64,000 nucleotides of DNA, from contig OZ024741.1 of the NCBI GenBank assembly GCA_964016885.1, positions 14,632,001-14,696,000 of the forward strand, in the 5' to 3' direction. Both the position numbers and the translations under genes were made by a program. Below are positions 1 through 10,825 of this stretch, piece after piece (within the stretch, counting starts at the first letter, position 1; every line of letters starts with the position of its first letter). The notes beneath the pieces were generated by a model. It was not told the DNA's origin. It saw nothing but the letters and a program-made list of their open reading frames with translations, and did not search any database. This DNA is from Eledone cirrhosa (taxonomy: Eukaryota).

Positions 1-854
1 GCTGCCCTTTTACAACAAGATCTGGATGCCATATACAAATGGGCGGAAGACAACAACATGCACTTTAATGCTGGCAAATTGCAAGCCCTACAATATAAAC
101 CTGCAAACACAAATATAGTACAACACAGTTACGCAGGACCAGGAGGGACCGGTATCCCCGTGTCAAAATCGATACGTGACCTGAGCGATGATGCATCTTT
201 TTCTTTAAACAGCATGAAAGTAGCGACAATGCGCAGACGACTCGCTGGCTGGATCTTATTAGACCGAGACACCATGTTGACACTATGGAGGACATTTGTC
301 CTAAGCTGCCTGGACTATTGCTCCCAGTTGTGGTCACTCCATAGTGTCAAACTAACGACGGAGCTTGAGGCAATCCAGCGAAGCTACACCAAGAGGAGTG
401 CCACGATGAAGGAGTTGAGCTACTGGGAGAGGCTAAAAGAACTGAACCTCTACTCCTTGGAACGAAGACGGGAGAAATACGCAGTGATCTACATGTGGAA
501 AATCCTGGAGGGACTAGCACCAAGCTTTGGCATTGGAAGCTGGACGAATAAGGAGCAGATTTTACAATAGCCTGGGGTTCAAGGGCCCTCAACTCTTCAA
601 CAAGCTGCCGAGGGATCTGAGAGATCTGCATGGTGTGGAGGTGGATGTTTTCAAGAAACATCTCGACACCTTGCTATCCAGGATCACGGATGAGCCCACA
701 GTAAGGCGTGAGGGAAACCTAAGGGCAGCAGCAACAAACTCCCTCTTGCACCAGTGGCCAACCAATACAGGCTGGAGATAAAATGTGTAGCAACAAGGGC
801 GGTGCCCCAGCATGGCCTCAGCCGGATGGCTGGAACAGGTAAAAGTGTAGAAGA

Positions 855-855
<1 letters not shown>
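1..855 (+). mobile_element. 3' remnant of a CR1/L2-group LINE (C-terminal RT/thumb region, frameshifted) with 3' UTR
   Basis: Frame 1 reads AALLQQDLDAIYKWAEDNNMHFNAGK...TLWRTFVLSCLDYCSQLWS...LEAIQRSYTK...LSYWERLKELNLYSLERRRE. After a frameshift near 540-560 it reads [20 protein letters not shown]...FKKHLDTLL...AATNSL (stop 781). These are typical post-catalytic motifs of CR1-group ORF2. A small hairpin CAGCC-GGAT-GGCTG (819-832) precedes a (TA)n tract. Confidence 0.85.
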
Positions 856-893
<38 letters not shown>

Positions 894-928
894 AACATAT
901 ATATATATATATATACATACATATATAT

Positions 929-1012
<84 letters not shown>

Positions 1013-1116
1013 GTATAGGTATATAGATAATTAGATATGTATATATACTGTATATAGATATATAGATATAGATATACACACACACACATACACACACATA
1101 CACACATATATATATA
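856..1116. repeat. (TA)n/(CA)n microsatellite
   Basis: Visible directly in the sequence. Confidence 0.95.
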
Positions 1117-2330
1117 CTAGCTGAGGTACCCAGCTTCGCCAGGGTTAACAAATGATAAGAGAAGACCGGCAGAATAGAAAACGTCTGTATTGAATGCATG
1201 GCCTTATTTACTGTGTATGTGTATTGTGTGTGTGTGTATATGTATGTGTGTGTGTGAGAGCGTTCGTGAGTGTGTGTGTGTGTGTATATATATATATGTG
1301 TGTGCCTGTGTGAGTGTTCGTGTGTGTGTGTGTGTAAACCACGGTTGGAATCGGAGACATAGGCCGCGAAACACGATCATCACTGACAACGAACTCGCAG
1401 AGAGAATCCCTTATGGTTGATTCCCAGCCTGCTAGAAATAGCAGTCAGGTTGGTTAGCATATGTGGAATGTCTTTCTTCTTCTTTGGTGTTATAAAATTA
1501 GTATCAATAAACTTTCCTGGATATACTCTTATCCCAATCCTGTACATACTTTCCGATTGTCACTTTTCGTTTTTTTCGTGTGATACGCGAAGGAACCAAC
1601 CAACAAACATCTCTCTTTTATATCTTTTTTATTTGTTCATTCAAAATATTTTTCAGCTAATTCTGTCGTACAATATACATCAGCAAGAGTTATCTAATGT
1701 TTAAAACATGAATAGCTGCGATATATGCACCATATCATTCAAAAACGATATGAGACTTGAATACCATACTGAAGCACCAGTAAGCTTGCTCAGAACCTGC
1801 AGATAGAAATGTTAATAAATACAACATTTGGCTTGGGTAAACTCTAAGATGTCCTTTCATTGTAGGTTTCTTTTCTCAGCCAGTACGTTAAAGAAAATTG
1901 ATAGTTACGACAATAAAGGTTGAAAAAATTTTTTAACAAACTTTACAATAATTTGGACAACCATAATGGAAATTCAAAGTAACAGAAAATACATAAATTA
2001 CATTGTTAGAGCCTCAGTGTATACAATATTTTTTGTTCGGCTCTCGGGAGCAAAGATGAAGAGATTGTTTGGCGAGCTCACGCTAGAGCATCCTACATAC
2101 AATTGACCATGGTTTTCCCAGATGAAGGCCAGCCACATTTAGGGTTTGACCCTGAGATTTGTTGATGCCGATCCCGAAGCTTAGTCTCTCTGTTGCTCTA
2201 GTAACATTTTTTCTTCTGCAAAATCTGATCTTGAGGCCAGGCAAGGACTTTTTGGGTGGCATATCGGCAGTAACAATGACGATAAGCCGTCTGTGCTTTC
2301 GTTTGTTTATATTTTGTTTTTGTGTATGCA
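1117..2330 (-). mobile_element. Internally deleted Helitron (3' terminus at 1117; 5' boundary uncertain, possibly composite)
   Basis: The minus strand ends ACCCTGGCGAAGCTGGGT-ACCTCAG-CTAG|T: a GC-rich hairpin, then CTAG, then the target T, i.e. a canonical Helitron 3' end. A helicase C-terminal remnant lies upstream on the same strand. Confidence 0.7.
1998..2262 (-). pseudogene. Helitron RepHel (Pif1-family helicase) C-terminal fragment, frameshifted
   Basis: Minus strand reads LSFGIGINKSQGQTLNVAGLHLGKP, then after a small deletion/frameshift HGQLYVGCSSVSSPNNLFIFAPESRTKNIVYTEALTM* (stop 1998-2000). This matches Pif1 motifs V/VI and the Helitron-typical TKNIVY end. Confidence 0.9.
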
Positions 2331-2459
2331 AAAATATCTGTACACGAATATATAATTATATATATATGTATATATATATATATATAAAGAAAAAAAAGAT
2401 GAAATCGAAAATGCAACTTGAGTCTTATTTAAAAAAATATATATATATTTATTTGGTTC

Positions 2460-2495
2460 CTTTATCGGTTTCGCAGTTCTTCTGCTTTTCAAAAG
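2460..2495 (-). ncRNA. Degenerate type I hammerhead ribozyme-like motif
   Basis: Minus strand: ctt TTGAAAA gcag-aagaa-ctgc GAAA ccga TA aag. Stem II and GAAA are intact, the core CUGANGA has two changes, and stem I is only 3 bp. Confidence 0.4.
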
Positions 2496-2581
2496 TAGAG
2501 TTGAGATGGAGGGTTTGTGGTTTTTCTCACATCTGATGTGTAGGACACCTCGGTTATTCTTCATTTTGTAAAAAACCTCAC

Positions 2582-3080
<499 letters not shown>

Positions 3081-3222
3081 TAGTTGAAAAAAAAATGAAA
3101 ACGAAATTTCATTTCTCACTCTTAGTATGGCACTTACTTAAATGTAAGTATGTATGTATACGTACATACATATATGTATACAGACGTACAGTAGCATGCA
3201 CATATATATATATATACACATA

Positions 3223-3256
<34 letters not shown>

Positions 3257-3427
3257 CACACATATGCATACAGGTACACATACATATATGCACGCATCAG
3301 TTTAGCCTACGTTTATTACAACGCCGGCCGCTTTGTTCGTTTGTTTGTCAACAAAGCGAACAGCCTGAATTTATGCCATACGGTGTTAAGGCAACCACGT
3401 CACCTTTTTGTTCAACACTGACACAGG

Positions 3428-3472
3428 AACGATGTACTAGTTTCAAGCTTGTTAGCTATCATCAGCACCGTT
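3428..3472 (-). ncRNA. Minimal type I hammerhead ribozyme, copy 1
   Basis: Minus strand: AACGGTG-CTGATGA-T AGCT AACA AGCT T-GAAA-CTAG-TA-CATCGTT. It has a 7-bp stem I, intact core, stem II, palindromic CTAG stem III and a GUA cleavage triplet. Confidence 0.85.
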
Positions 3473-3734
3473 TACCCATCTGCCAGATAGTTGAACGTTC
3501 GAAAGTATATACTTTCCTTATGAAAATTAACGGCTGAGCAGCCTAATTTGCATATTGAGTGAGTTAAATCGGTCAGGCATACCGAAAACGATTAGTTGAA
3601 AAAAAAATGAAAACGAAATTTCATTTCTCACTCTTAGTATGGCACTTACTTAAATGTAAGTATGTATGTATACGTACATACATATATGTATACAGACGTA
3701 CAGTAGCATGCACATATATATATATATACACATA

Positions 3735-3768
<34 letters not shown>

Positions 3769-3939
3769 CACACATATGCATACAGGTACACATACATATA
3801 TGCACGCATCAGTTTAGCCTACGTTTATTACAACGCCGGCCGCTTTGTTCGTTTGTTTGTCAACAAAGCGAACAGCCTGAATTTATGCCATACGGTGTTA
3901 AGGCAACCACGTCACCTTTTTGTTCAACACTGACACAGG

Positions 3940-3984
3940 AACGATGTACTAGTTTCAAGCTTGTTAGCTATCATCAGCACCGTT
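3940..3984 (-). ncRNA. Minimal type I hammerhead ribozyme, copy 2
   Basis: Same sequence as copy 1, +512 bp. Confidence 0.85.
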
Positions 3985-4246
3985 TACCCATCTGCCAGAT
4001 AGTTGAACGTTCGAAAGTATATACTTTCCTTATGAAAATTAACGGCTGAGCAGCCTAATTTGCATATTGAGTGAGTTAAATCGGTCAGGCATACCGAAAA
4101 CGATTAGTTGAAAAAAAAATGAAAACGAAATTTCATTTCTCACTCTTAGTATGGCACTTACTTAAATGTAAGTATGTATGTATACGTACATACATATATG
4201 TATACAGACGTACAGTAGCATGCACATATATATATATATACACATA

Positions 4247-4280
<34 letters not shown>

Positions 4281-4451
4281 CACACATATGCATACAGGTA
4301 CACATACATATATGCACGCATCAGTTTAGCCTACGTTTATTACAACGCCGGCCGCTTTGTTCGTTTGTTTGTCAACAAAGCGAACAGCCTGAATTTATGC
4401 CATACGGTGTTAAGGCAACCACGTCACCTTTTTGTTCAACACTGACACAGG

Positions 4452-4496
4452 AACGATGTACTAGTTTCAAGCTTGTTAGCTATCATCAGCACCGTT
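4452..4496 (-). ncRNA. Minimal type I hammerhead ribozyme, copy 3
   Basis: Same sequence as copy 1, +1024 bp. Confidence 0.85.
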
Positions 4497-4758
4497 TACC
4501 CATCTGCCAGATAGTTGAACGTTCGAAAGTATATACTTTCCTTATGAAAATTAACGGCTGAGCAGCCTAATTTGCATATTGAGTGAGTTAAATCGGTCAG
4601 GCATACCGAAAACGATTAGTTGAAAAAAAAATGAAAACGAAATTTCATTTCTCACTCTTAGTATGGCACTTACTTAAATGTAAGTATGTATGTATACGTA
4701 CATACATATATGTATACAGACGTACAGTAGCATGCACATATATATATATATACACATA

Positions 4759-4792
<34 letters not shown>

Positions 4793-4963
4793 CACACATA
4801 TGCATACAGGTACACATACATATATGCACGCATCAGTTTAGCCTACGTTTATTACAACGCCGGCCGCTTTGTTCGTTTGTTTGTCAACAAAGCGAACAGC
4901 CTGAATTTATGCCATACGGTGTTAAGGCAACCACGTCACCTTTTTGTTCAACACTGACACAGG

Positions 4964-5008
4964 AACGATGTACTAGTTTCAAGCTTGTTAGCTATCATCA
5001 GCACCGTT
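4964..5008 (-). ncRNA. Minimal type I hammerhead ribozyme, copy 4
   Basis: Same sequence as copy 1, +1536 bp. Confidence 0.85.
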
Positions 5009-5270
5009 TACCCATCTGCCAGATAGTTGAACGTTCGAAAGTATATACTTTCCTTATGAAAATTAACGGCTGAGCAGCCTAATTTGCATATTGAGTGAGT
5101 TAAATCGGTCAGGCATACCGAAAACGATTAGTTGAAAAAAAAATGAAAACGAAATTTCATTTCTCACTCTTAGTATGGCACTTACTTAAATGTAAGTATG
5201 TATGTATACGTACATACATATATGTATACAGACGTACAGTAGCATGCACATATATATATATATACACATA

Positions 5271-5320
<50 letters not shown>

Positions 5321-5324
5321 CACA

Positions 5325-5477
5325 CAAAAGGTGACGTGGTTGCCTTAACACCGTATGGCATAAATTCAGGCTGTTCGCTTTGTTGACAAACAAACGAACA
5401 AAGCGGCCGGCGTTGTAATAAACGTAGGCTAAACTGATGCGTGCATATATGTATGTGTACCTGTATGCATATGTGTG

Positions 5478-5511
<34 letters not shown>

Positions 5512-5989
5512 TATGTGTATATATATATATATGTGCATGCTACTGTACGTCTGTATACATATATGTATGTACGTATACATACATACTTACATTTAAGTAA
5601 GTGCCATACTAAGAGTGAGAAATGAAATTTCGTTTTCATTTTTTTTTCAACTAATCGTTTTCGGTATGCCTGACCGATTTAACTCACTCAATATGCAAAT
5701 TAGGCTGCTCAGCCGTTAATTTTCATAAGGAAAGTATATACTTTCGAACGTTCAACTATCTGGCAGATGGGTAAACGGTGCTGATGATAGCTAACAAGCT
5801 TGAAACTAGTACATCGTTCCTGTGTCAGTGTTGAACAAAAAGGTGACGTGGTTGCCTTAACACCGTATGGCATAAATTCAGGCTGTTCGCTTTGTTGACA
5901 AACAAACGAACAAAGCGGCCGGCGTTGTAATAAACGTAGGCTAAACTGATGCGTGCATATATGTATGTGTACCTGTATGCATATGTGTG

Positions 5990-6023
<34 letters not shown>

Positions 6024-6102
6024 TATGTGTATATATATATATATGTGCATGCTACTGTACGTCTGTATACATATATGTATGTACGTATACATACATACTT
6101 AC
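5325..6102 (+). repeat. Inverted ~1.5-unit copy of the 512-bp element
   Basis: CAAAAGGTGACGTGG... is the reverse complement of the unit. The same ORFs appear on the opposite strand (5157..5639, 5709..6092). It ends in (TA)n at ~6102. Confidence 0.95.
5774..5818 (+). ncRNA. Minimal type I hammerhead ribozyme, copy 5 (in the inverted segment)
   Basis: aacggtg (5774-80), CTGATGA (5781-87), tagctaacaagctt, GAAA (5802-05), CTAG, TA (5810-11), catcgtt (5812-18). Predicted cleavage is after A5811. Confidence 0.85.
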
Positions 6103-6103
6103 A

Positions 6104-6179
<76 letters not shown>

Positions 6180-6614
6180 AGTTAGATTACTAGATAGAGA
6201 TATCGAATAGTGTATGTAAACATCGAAAATATCTGTATGATTACAATATACACATTAAGACGGATCTCTCGTCAAAGGTTTCTTTCAATCTATGTTATTT
6301 AGGTAGGAACGTCATCTTACTCTTTGCAATTACTGGCTATAAAACCGTAGCAAACTTATTTCTCACTATACAAGCTGACATTCATGTTTAACAACCAACA
6401 ACAGCGCCACCAACAATAACACAAATCTACTATTGATGTGTATTATAGAATATAAACCATATAGTGCATGCCTGGCTATTTCAGAAATTCTAAATAGGTA
6501 AGTCATAAAAACACTCATAAAAGATTAATAATAATATTACTTAGGACACTAAACGATTTTATGGTTTTCTCATGATTTTCTATATAACAACATGGAGGAT
6601 ACGATAGGATAGAT

Positions 6615-6746
6615 TCACACACATATATATGTACATATAGAACACACAGGCGTACACACACTCACACATATATATACATATACACATACACTCAAACACA
6701 TACACACATACACCTACACACATACATATATATATATGTGTGTATT

Positions 6747-6810
<64 letters not shown>

Positions 6811-7550
6811 TAGAGAGAGAGACACACACACACACACATATATATATATACATATATATATGCATACATATATACGCACACACACATATATATATATACA
6901 TATTTGTGCTCATACATACAGGAACATACACGTATGTATGTATGTATGTATGTATGTATGTATGTATGTATGTATGTATGTATGTATGTATGTATTATGT
7001 ATGTATGTATGTATGTATTATGTATGTATGTATGTATGTATGTATGTATGTATGTTCGTTTGTACGTATGTATTTTTAAGGGTATATATATATTCGATTA
7101 GATGTACACATAAAGATATATCCATAGATTCAGGTACGGTATCTTGTGTATATGTGTGTATGTGCCTATATATGAGCATATATATATATATGCGCGTATA
7201 CATATGTATGTATATGTATATATATATATATATATGTGTGTGTGTATACATATATGAGTGTGTGTGTATATATATGTATATATGTGTGTATATATGTGTG
7301 CGCATGTGTGTGTATATATAAATGTGTGTATATATGTATATATGTGTGTGTATATGCAGATGTATTTTCATCGACAATGTTTTACGTAAATGTCATTTAA
7401 TATTTATTTTATGGATGTACATATAATGTCGTATGGTGCTATGTGTGTATATATAGATGTGTGTATAGATGTATATGTAAATACATATACACATATATAT
7501 GTTTATATATACGAATATACATACACACACATATATATATATATACATAC

Positions 7551-7629
<79 letters not shown>

Positions 7630-7792
7630 TATACATATATATACATATATATATACACACATATATATACATATATATACATATATATACATATATATAT
7701 ATATATTTATATGATATATATGTATAAATATATAAGTATATGTGTATATGTATATGTGTATATATAAGTATATGTGTATATGTATATATGTA

Positions 7793-7860
<68 letters not shown>

Positions 7861-7910
7861 TATACATATAAGTGTGTGTTTATACAACTATACATACATG
7901 TGTATACACA
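6615..7910. repeat. Compound (TA)n/(CA)n/(GA)n/(TATG)n microsatellites
   Basis: Visible directly; accounts for the YI/MCV/SL ORFs. Confidence 0.95.
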
Positions 7911-8197
7911 CATAATACCCAATTTAACTATATACATGTCATGTAAAACTCTACCCTCCTTACGACATTCTCCCCCCCCCCCCTCTATCTCTCTCTCGAA
8001 TTCCTTCTATCTCTCCCTCACCTTTCCCTTTTATCTCTCTTTGTCCCCCCCCCCCCCCGCCACTCCTGTTCTTTTCTCTCTCTTTCTTTATATATTCTTC
8101 GTCCATTATTCCGGAACCAGCAGGAAGGAAATATTTCCAAGTAACTTTGTTTTATATAAACCAATAATGGCGACTTCCACAAGTTAACTTCCGTTAT

Positions 8198-8460
8198 CAG
8201 CAGCAACAACAGCAACAACAACAGCAACATTAGTAATAACAGTAGCAACAACAACAACAGCAGCAACATTAATAATAACAGTAGCAATAACAACAATAAC
8301 AAAAATACAGAAATTTGGAAGAAGAAGATCAACAACAACAACAACAACAACAACAACAAGGAGGAGGAGGAGGAGGAGGAGGAGGAGATAATGGAGAAGA
8401 AGAGCACAACAATAACCACAACAAATTCATAAGCTACAACCACAACAACACAACTAGTAA
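8198..8460. repeat. Trinucleotide low-complexity tract (AAC/AGC/GGA)
   Basis: Visible directly in the sequence. Confidence 0.9.
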
Positions 8461-9654
8461 TGAACCAGCCACAAATACTAGAACTGGTGATCCGGCATAT
8501 CTTTTTATCCGGATATAATTATGGCTGTGGTATTTGCCATGACATGGCAGCCTAGTTAATTCAGGTGAGGACGTTAGGTTGACCTACACTACCTAATTGG
8601 TAAAGGAACAACCTAATAGCTCCGTACCGGTCAGACATATTGGTCTGGAGACCTTGAGCGGTTTCACGGCTATTTAACACAGGCAGCGGGGAACAATCCT
8701 TCTACCCCACGGACATTCCCTTTATATATCGTAAGATGTTACTCTGACCTCTCACTCATCGACTGCTTGAACCTCCGGAGAGGCGGGGAATCGGACATCT
8801 GGATGTAATCCGTGAGCTTGATTAAACGGGGAACTATCGAGGAGTATGGCACTCATGTTTCCACCAATTTAGAACCAGTTAAACTATAACTATACAACAT
8901 CTACACTATACACTCTGCTCTCTGGCCATACAGGCAGCTATTCCTTATCCTTTAATTCTCTTCATTATAATGATTTTTTCATTATAACTATACTCATCTC
9001 TTTCCCACATATCTATCCTCTTTAATATAAACTTTCCTCTTGTTCTTAATTAATTAATTAATTAGTTTATTTATTGTATATTAATATATTTCTTATGTAG
9101 TTAATTTTGGTATCGGTTATAATATTCACAGTTGCTGCAGACATGTCGACAATATGGGGCTTGGAGGGATGTCACTACTATTACAGCAGCCACTGAGACT
9201 ACTACTACAATAGATAATGATAGAGAGGGGAGGGGAAGGGCTACCTTTTCCTTTCATCCTAAACTGACCAGCACTTTCGCCAAAACTCTTGAGGTCATAC
9301 AGGGGGCCGGCTGTCGAAGAAACAACACCACGTGTTTAACCGGCCGCCTGTATCATGAAAACAAAATCTTTTTTCGAGTCAATTATTAGATTTTTCTAAA
9401 TTTATTAGGAACTTTTAATGTTTATTTTAGGTTTTGCCGTCTGAAGAGCTCAGGCTATCATAATTGATAGTCGTCAGTCAAATATGTAAAACGGAGTTTT
9501 AAATAAACCTGAATCAACTGAATATGGCCTCTGATCTTTTAGTAATGTATAATGCTCCGTCTTGTACCATTTATACAGGTCGTTGAGCGCTTCTTTTTAT
9601 CTGCTCCACAACAGACCATGGTGTGATCCGCACATCTCTGTTCTATGAACCCCT

Positions 9655-9732
<78 letters not shown>

Positions 9733-9740
<8 letters not shown>

Positions 9741-9887
9741 TAAAATAACAGATTAAAGTTTAAGCAAAGAATCGCTGCTTTCACCCTTAACGGGATCTTC
9801 TGAAATCTTCTGAGTTTCAGAAGATCCCGTTAAGGGTGAAAGCAGCGATTCTTTGCTTAAACTTTAATCTGTTATTTTAATAAATAT
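9733..9887. repeat. Perfect inverted repeat (73-bp arms, 9-nt loop) containing an HHR-like motif
   Basis: 9733-9805 is the exact reverse complement of 9815-9887; the loop is TCTTCTGAG. Confidence 0.95.
9812..9864 (+). ncRNA. Variant type I hammerhead-like motif (core CAGAAGA)
   Basis: gagttt CAGAAGA tccc-gttaa-gggt GAAA gca-gcgattctt-tgc TT aaactt. All three stems can form, with one core substitution (U4->A). Confidence 0.5.
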
Positions 9888-9969
9888 TTGCTCTACGGTT
9901 CTTATATATTTGATATATATTTTCCTTATCGAGCCCTCTTTGGATTTTAGTCTTCAATTTTATTATTAT

Positions 9970-10032
<63 letters not shown>

Positions 10033-10045
10033 TAACAGTTTTCGC

Positions 10046-10667
10046 TTTTCTTTTATATTCTATTATAATATACGGCTCGGAAATATCTCTTTCTTAGAGC
10101 TATTTTGTTGTAAGAGACTATTTTGAGTTCCTAACTCAATATATACCTTTGATATATTCGGCTCTGTTAATTTGTTGAGCTATTTCAAATGTCGAATAAA
10201 CATGGCTGCTATTTTTAGTGGTGTATGTTTGTGAGACATGCTAAGATGCCATGTGCGCTGTTTTATATATAGCACACTATTCAGTTTCTTAATATACTTA
10301 GAAGTGTCTAGGATACTAATTCATCACCCACTGATGAGCTTGAATTGATAATTCTATTCACAATTAACATTGCGAAAGAACAACAAGTTGTCTGGGTGAT
10401 TGGTAGTTACCACAATTCCTGTTTGTATTTATTTTCTTAATTTTTTCTTAAATTGAGACAAGCAAACCCAATTGTCTATAGTTAGTATTCTTTTCACCTT
10501 AGCGAATGCGGGCCCTTACGATTTGAACACATATATGTACATGTCTGTGTTCGTTTTCTTTTTCTTTTATATTCTATTATAATATAGGGCTCGGAAAAAT
10601 CTCTTTCTTAGAGCTATTTTGTTGTAAGAGACTATTTTGAGTTCCCAACTCAATACCTTTGATATAT
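10046..10667 (+). mobile_element. Partial-tandem (~514-bp period) element with ~110-bp terminal direct repeats and an internal HHR; Penelope-pLTR/retrozyme-like
   Basis: 10046-10157 is repeated at 10560-10667 with few differences. An HHR motif sits at 10323-10400 and the element is flanked by (TA)n on both sides. Confidence 0.7.
10323..10400 (+). ncRNA. Type I hammerhead ribozyme with a 3-nt insertion after GAAA
   Basis: ATCACCCA CTGATGA gc...gc GAAA (gaa) CAAC-AA-GTTG TC TGGGTGAT. It has a perfect 8-bp stem I, intact CUGAUGA, a 4-bp stem III and a GUC triplet. Confidence 0.75.
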
Positions 10668-10825
10668 ATATATATATATCTAGGGCGGGTAAAATTCCCG
10701 AGATGAAATTAATTAGGGGCTCTAACCCTAGTGCTGTTAGATCGACTCTCCATATTTCTTTTCAATGGCTGACAATACCTTACCGGCGCCACTCGAATAA
10801 GGTAGTTAGTTAACCCATAAATGGA

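Larger units (their letters stand above)
3081..5324 (-). mobile_element. Tandem array of a 512-bp hammerhead-containing unit (4 full copies plus a partial fifth); retrozyme / Penelope-pLTR-like
   Basis: Units start at 3081, 3593, 4105, 4617 and 5129, and identical ORFs recur every 512 bp (3095, 3607, 4119, 4631, 5143). Each full unit has an HHR on the minus strand. The array is bounded by (TA)n. The tandem structure is certain; the retrozyme label is inference. Confidence 0.8.

Noticed and set aside
3547-3556. Octamer ATTTGCAT in each unit as evidence for an snRNA gene cluster
   Set aside because: I could not recognise any U snRNA, 5S or tRNA sequence in the unit; an 8-mer alone is not supportable as a promoter.
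3095-5073. Repeated 108-aa and 127-aa ORFs in the 512-bp unit as tandem genes
   Set aside because: They run through (TA)n giving YIYI tracts, have no recognisable domain and are antisense to the ribozyme.
8315-8518. Poly-Q/poly-G ORF as a transcription-factor exon
   Set aside because: It is a pure trinucleotide tract with no flanking domain or supportable splice evidence.
8645-8690. Minus-strand GAAACC...GGTC as another hammerhead
   Set aside because: There is no CTGANGA box or stem II at the required position.
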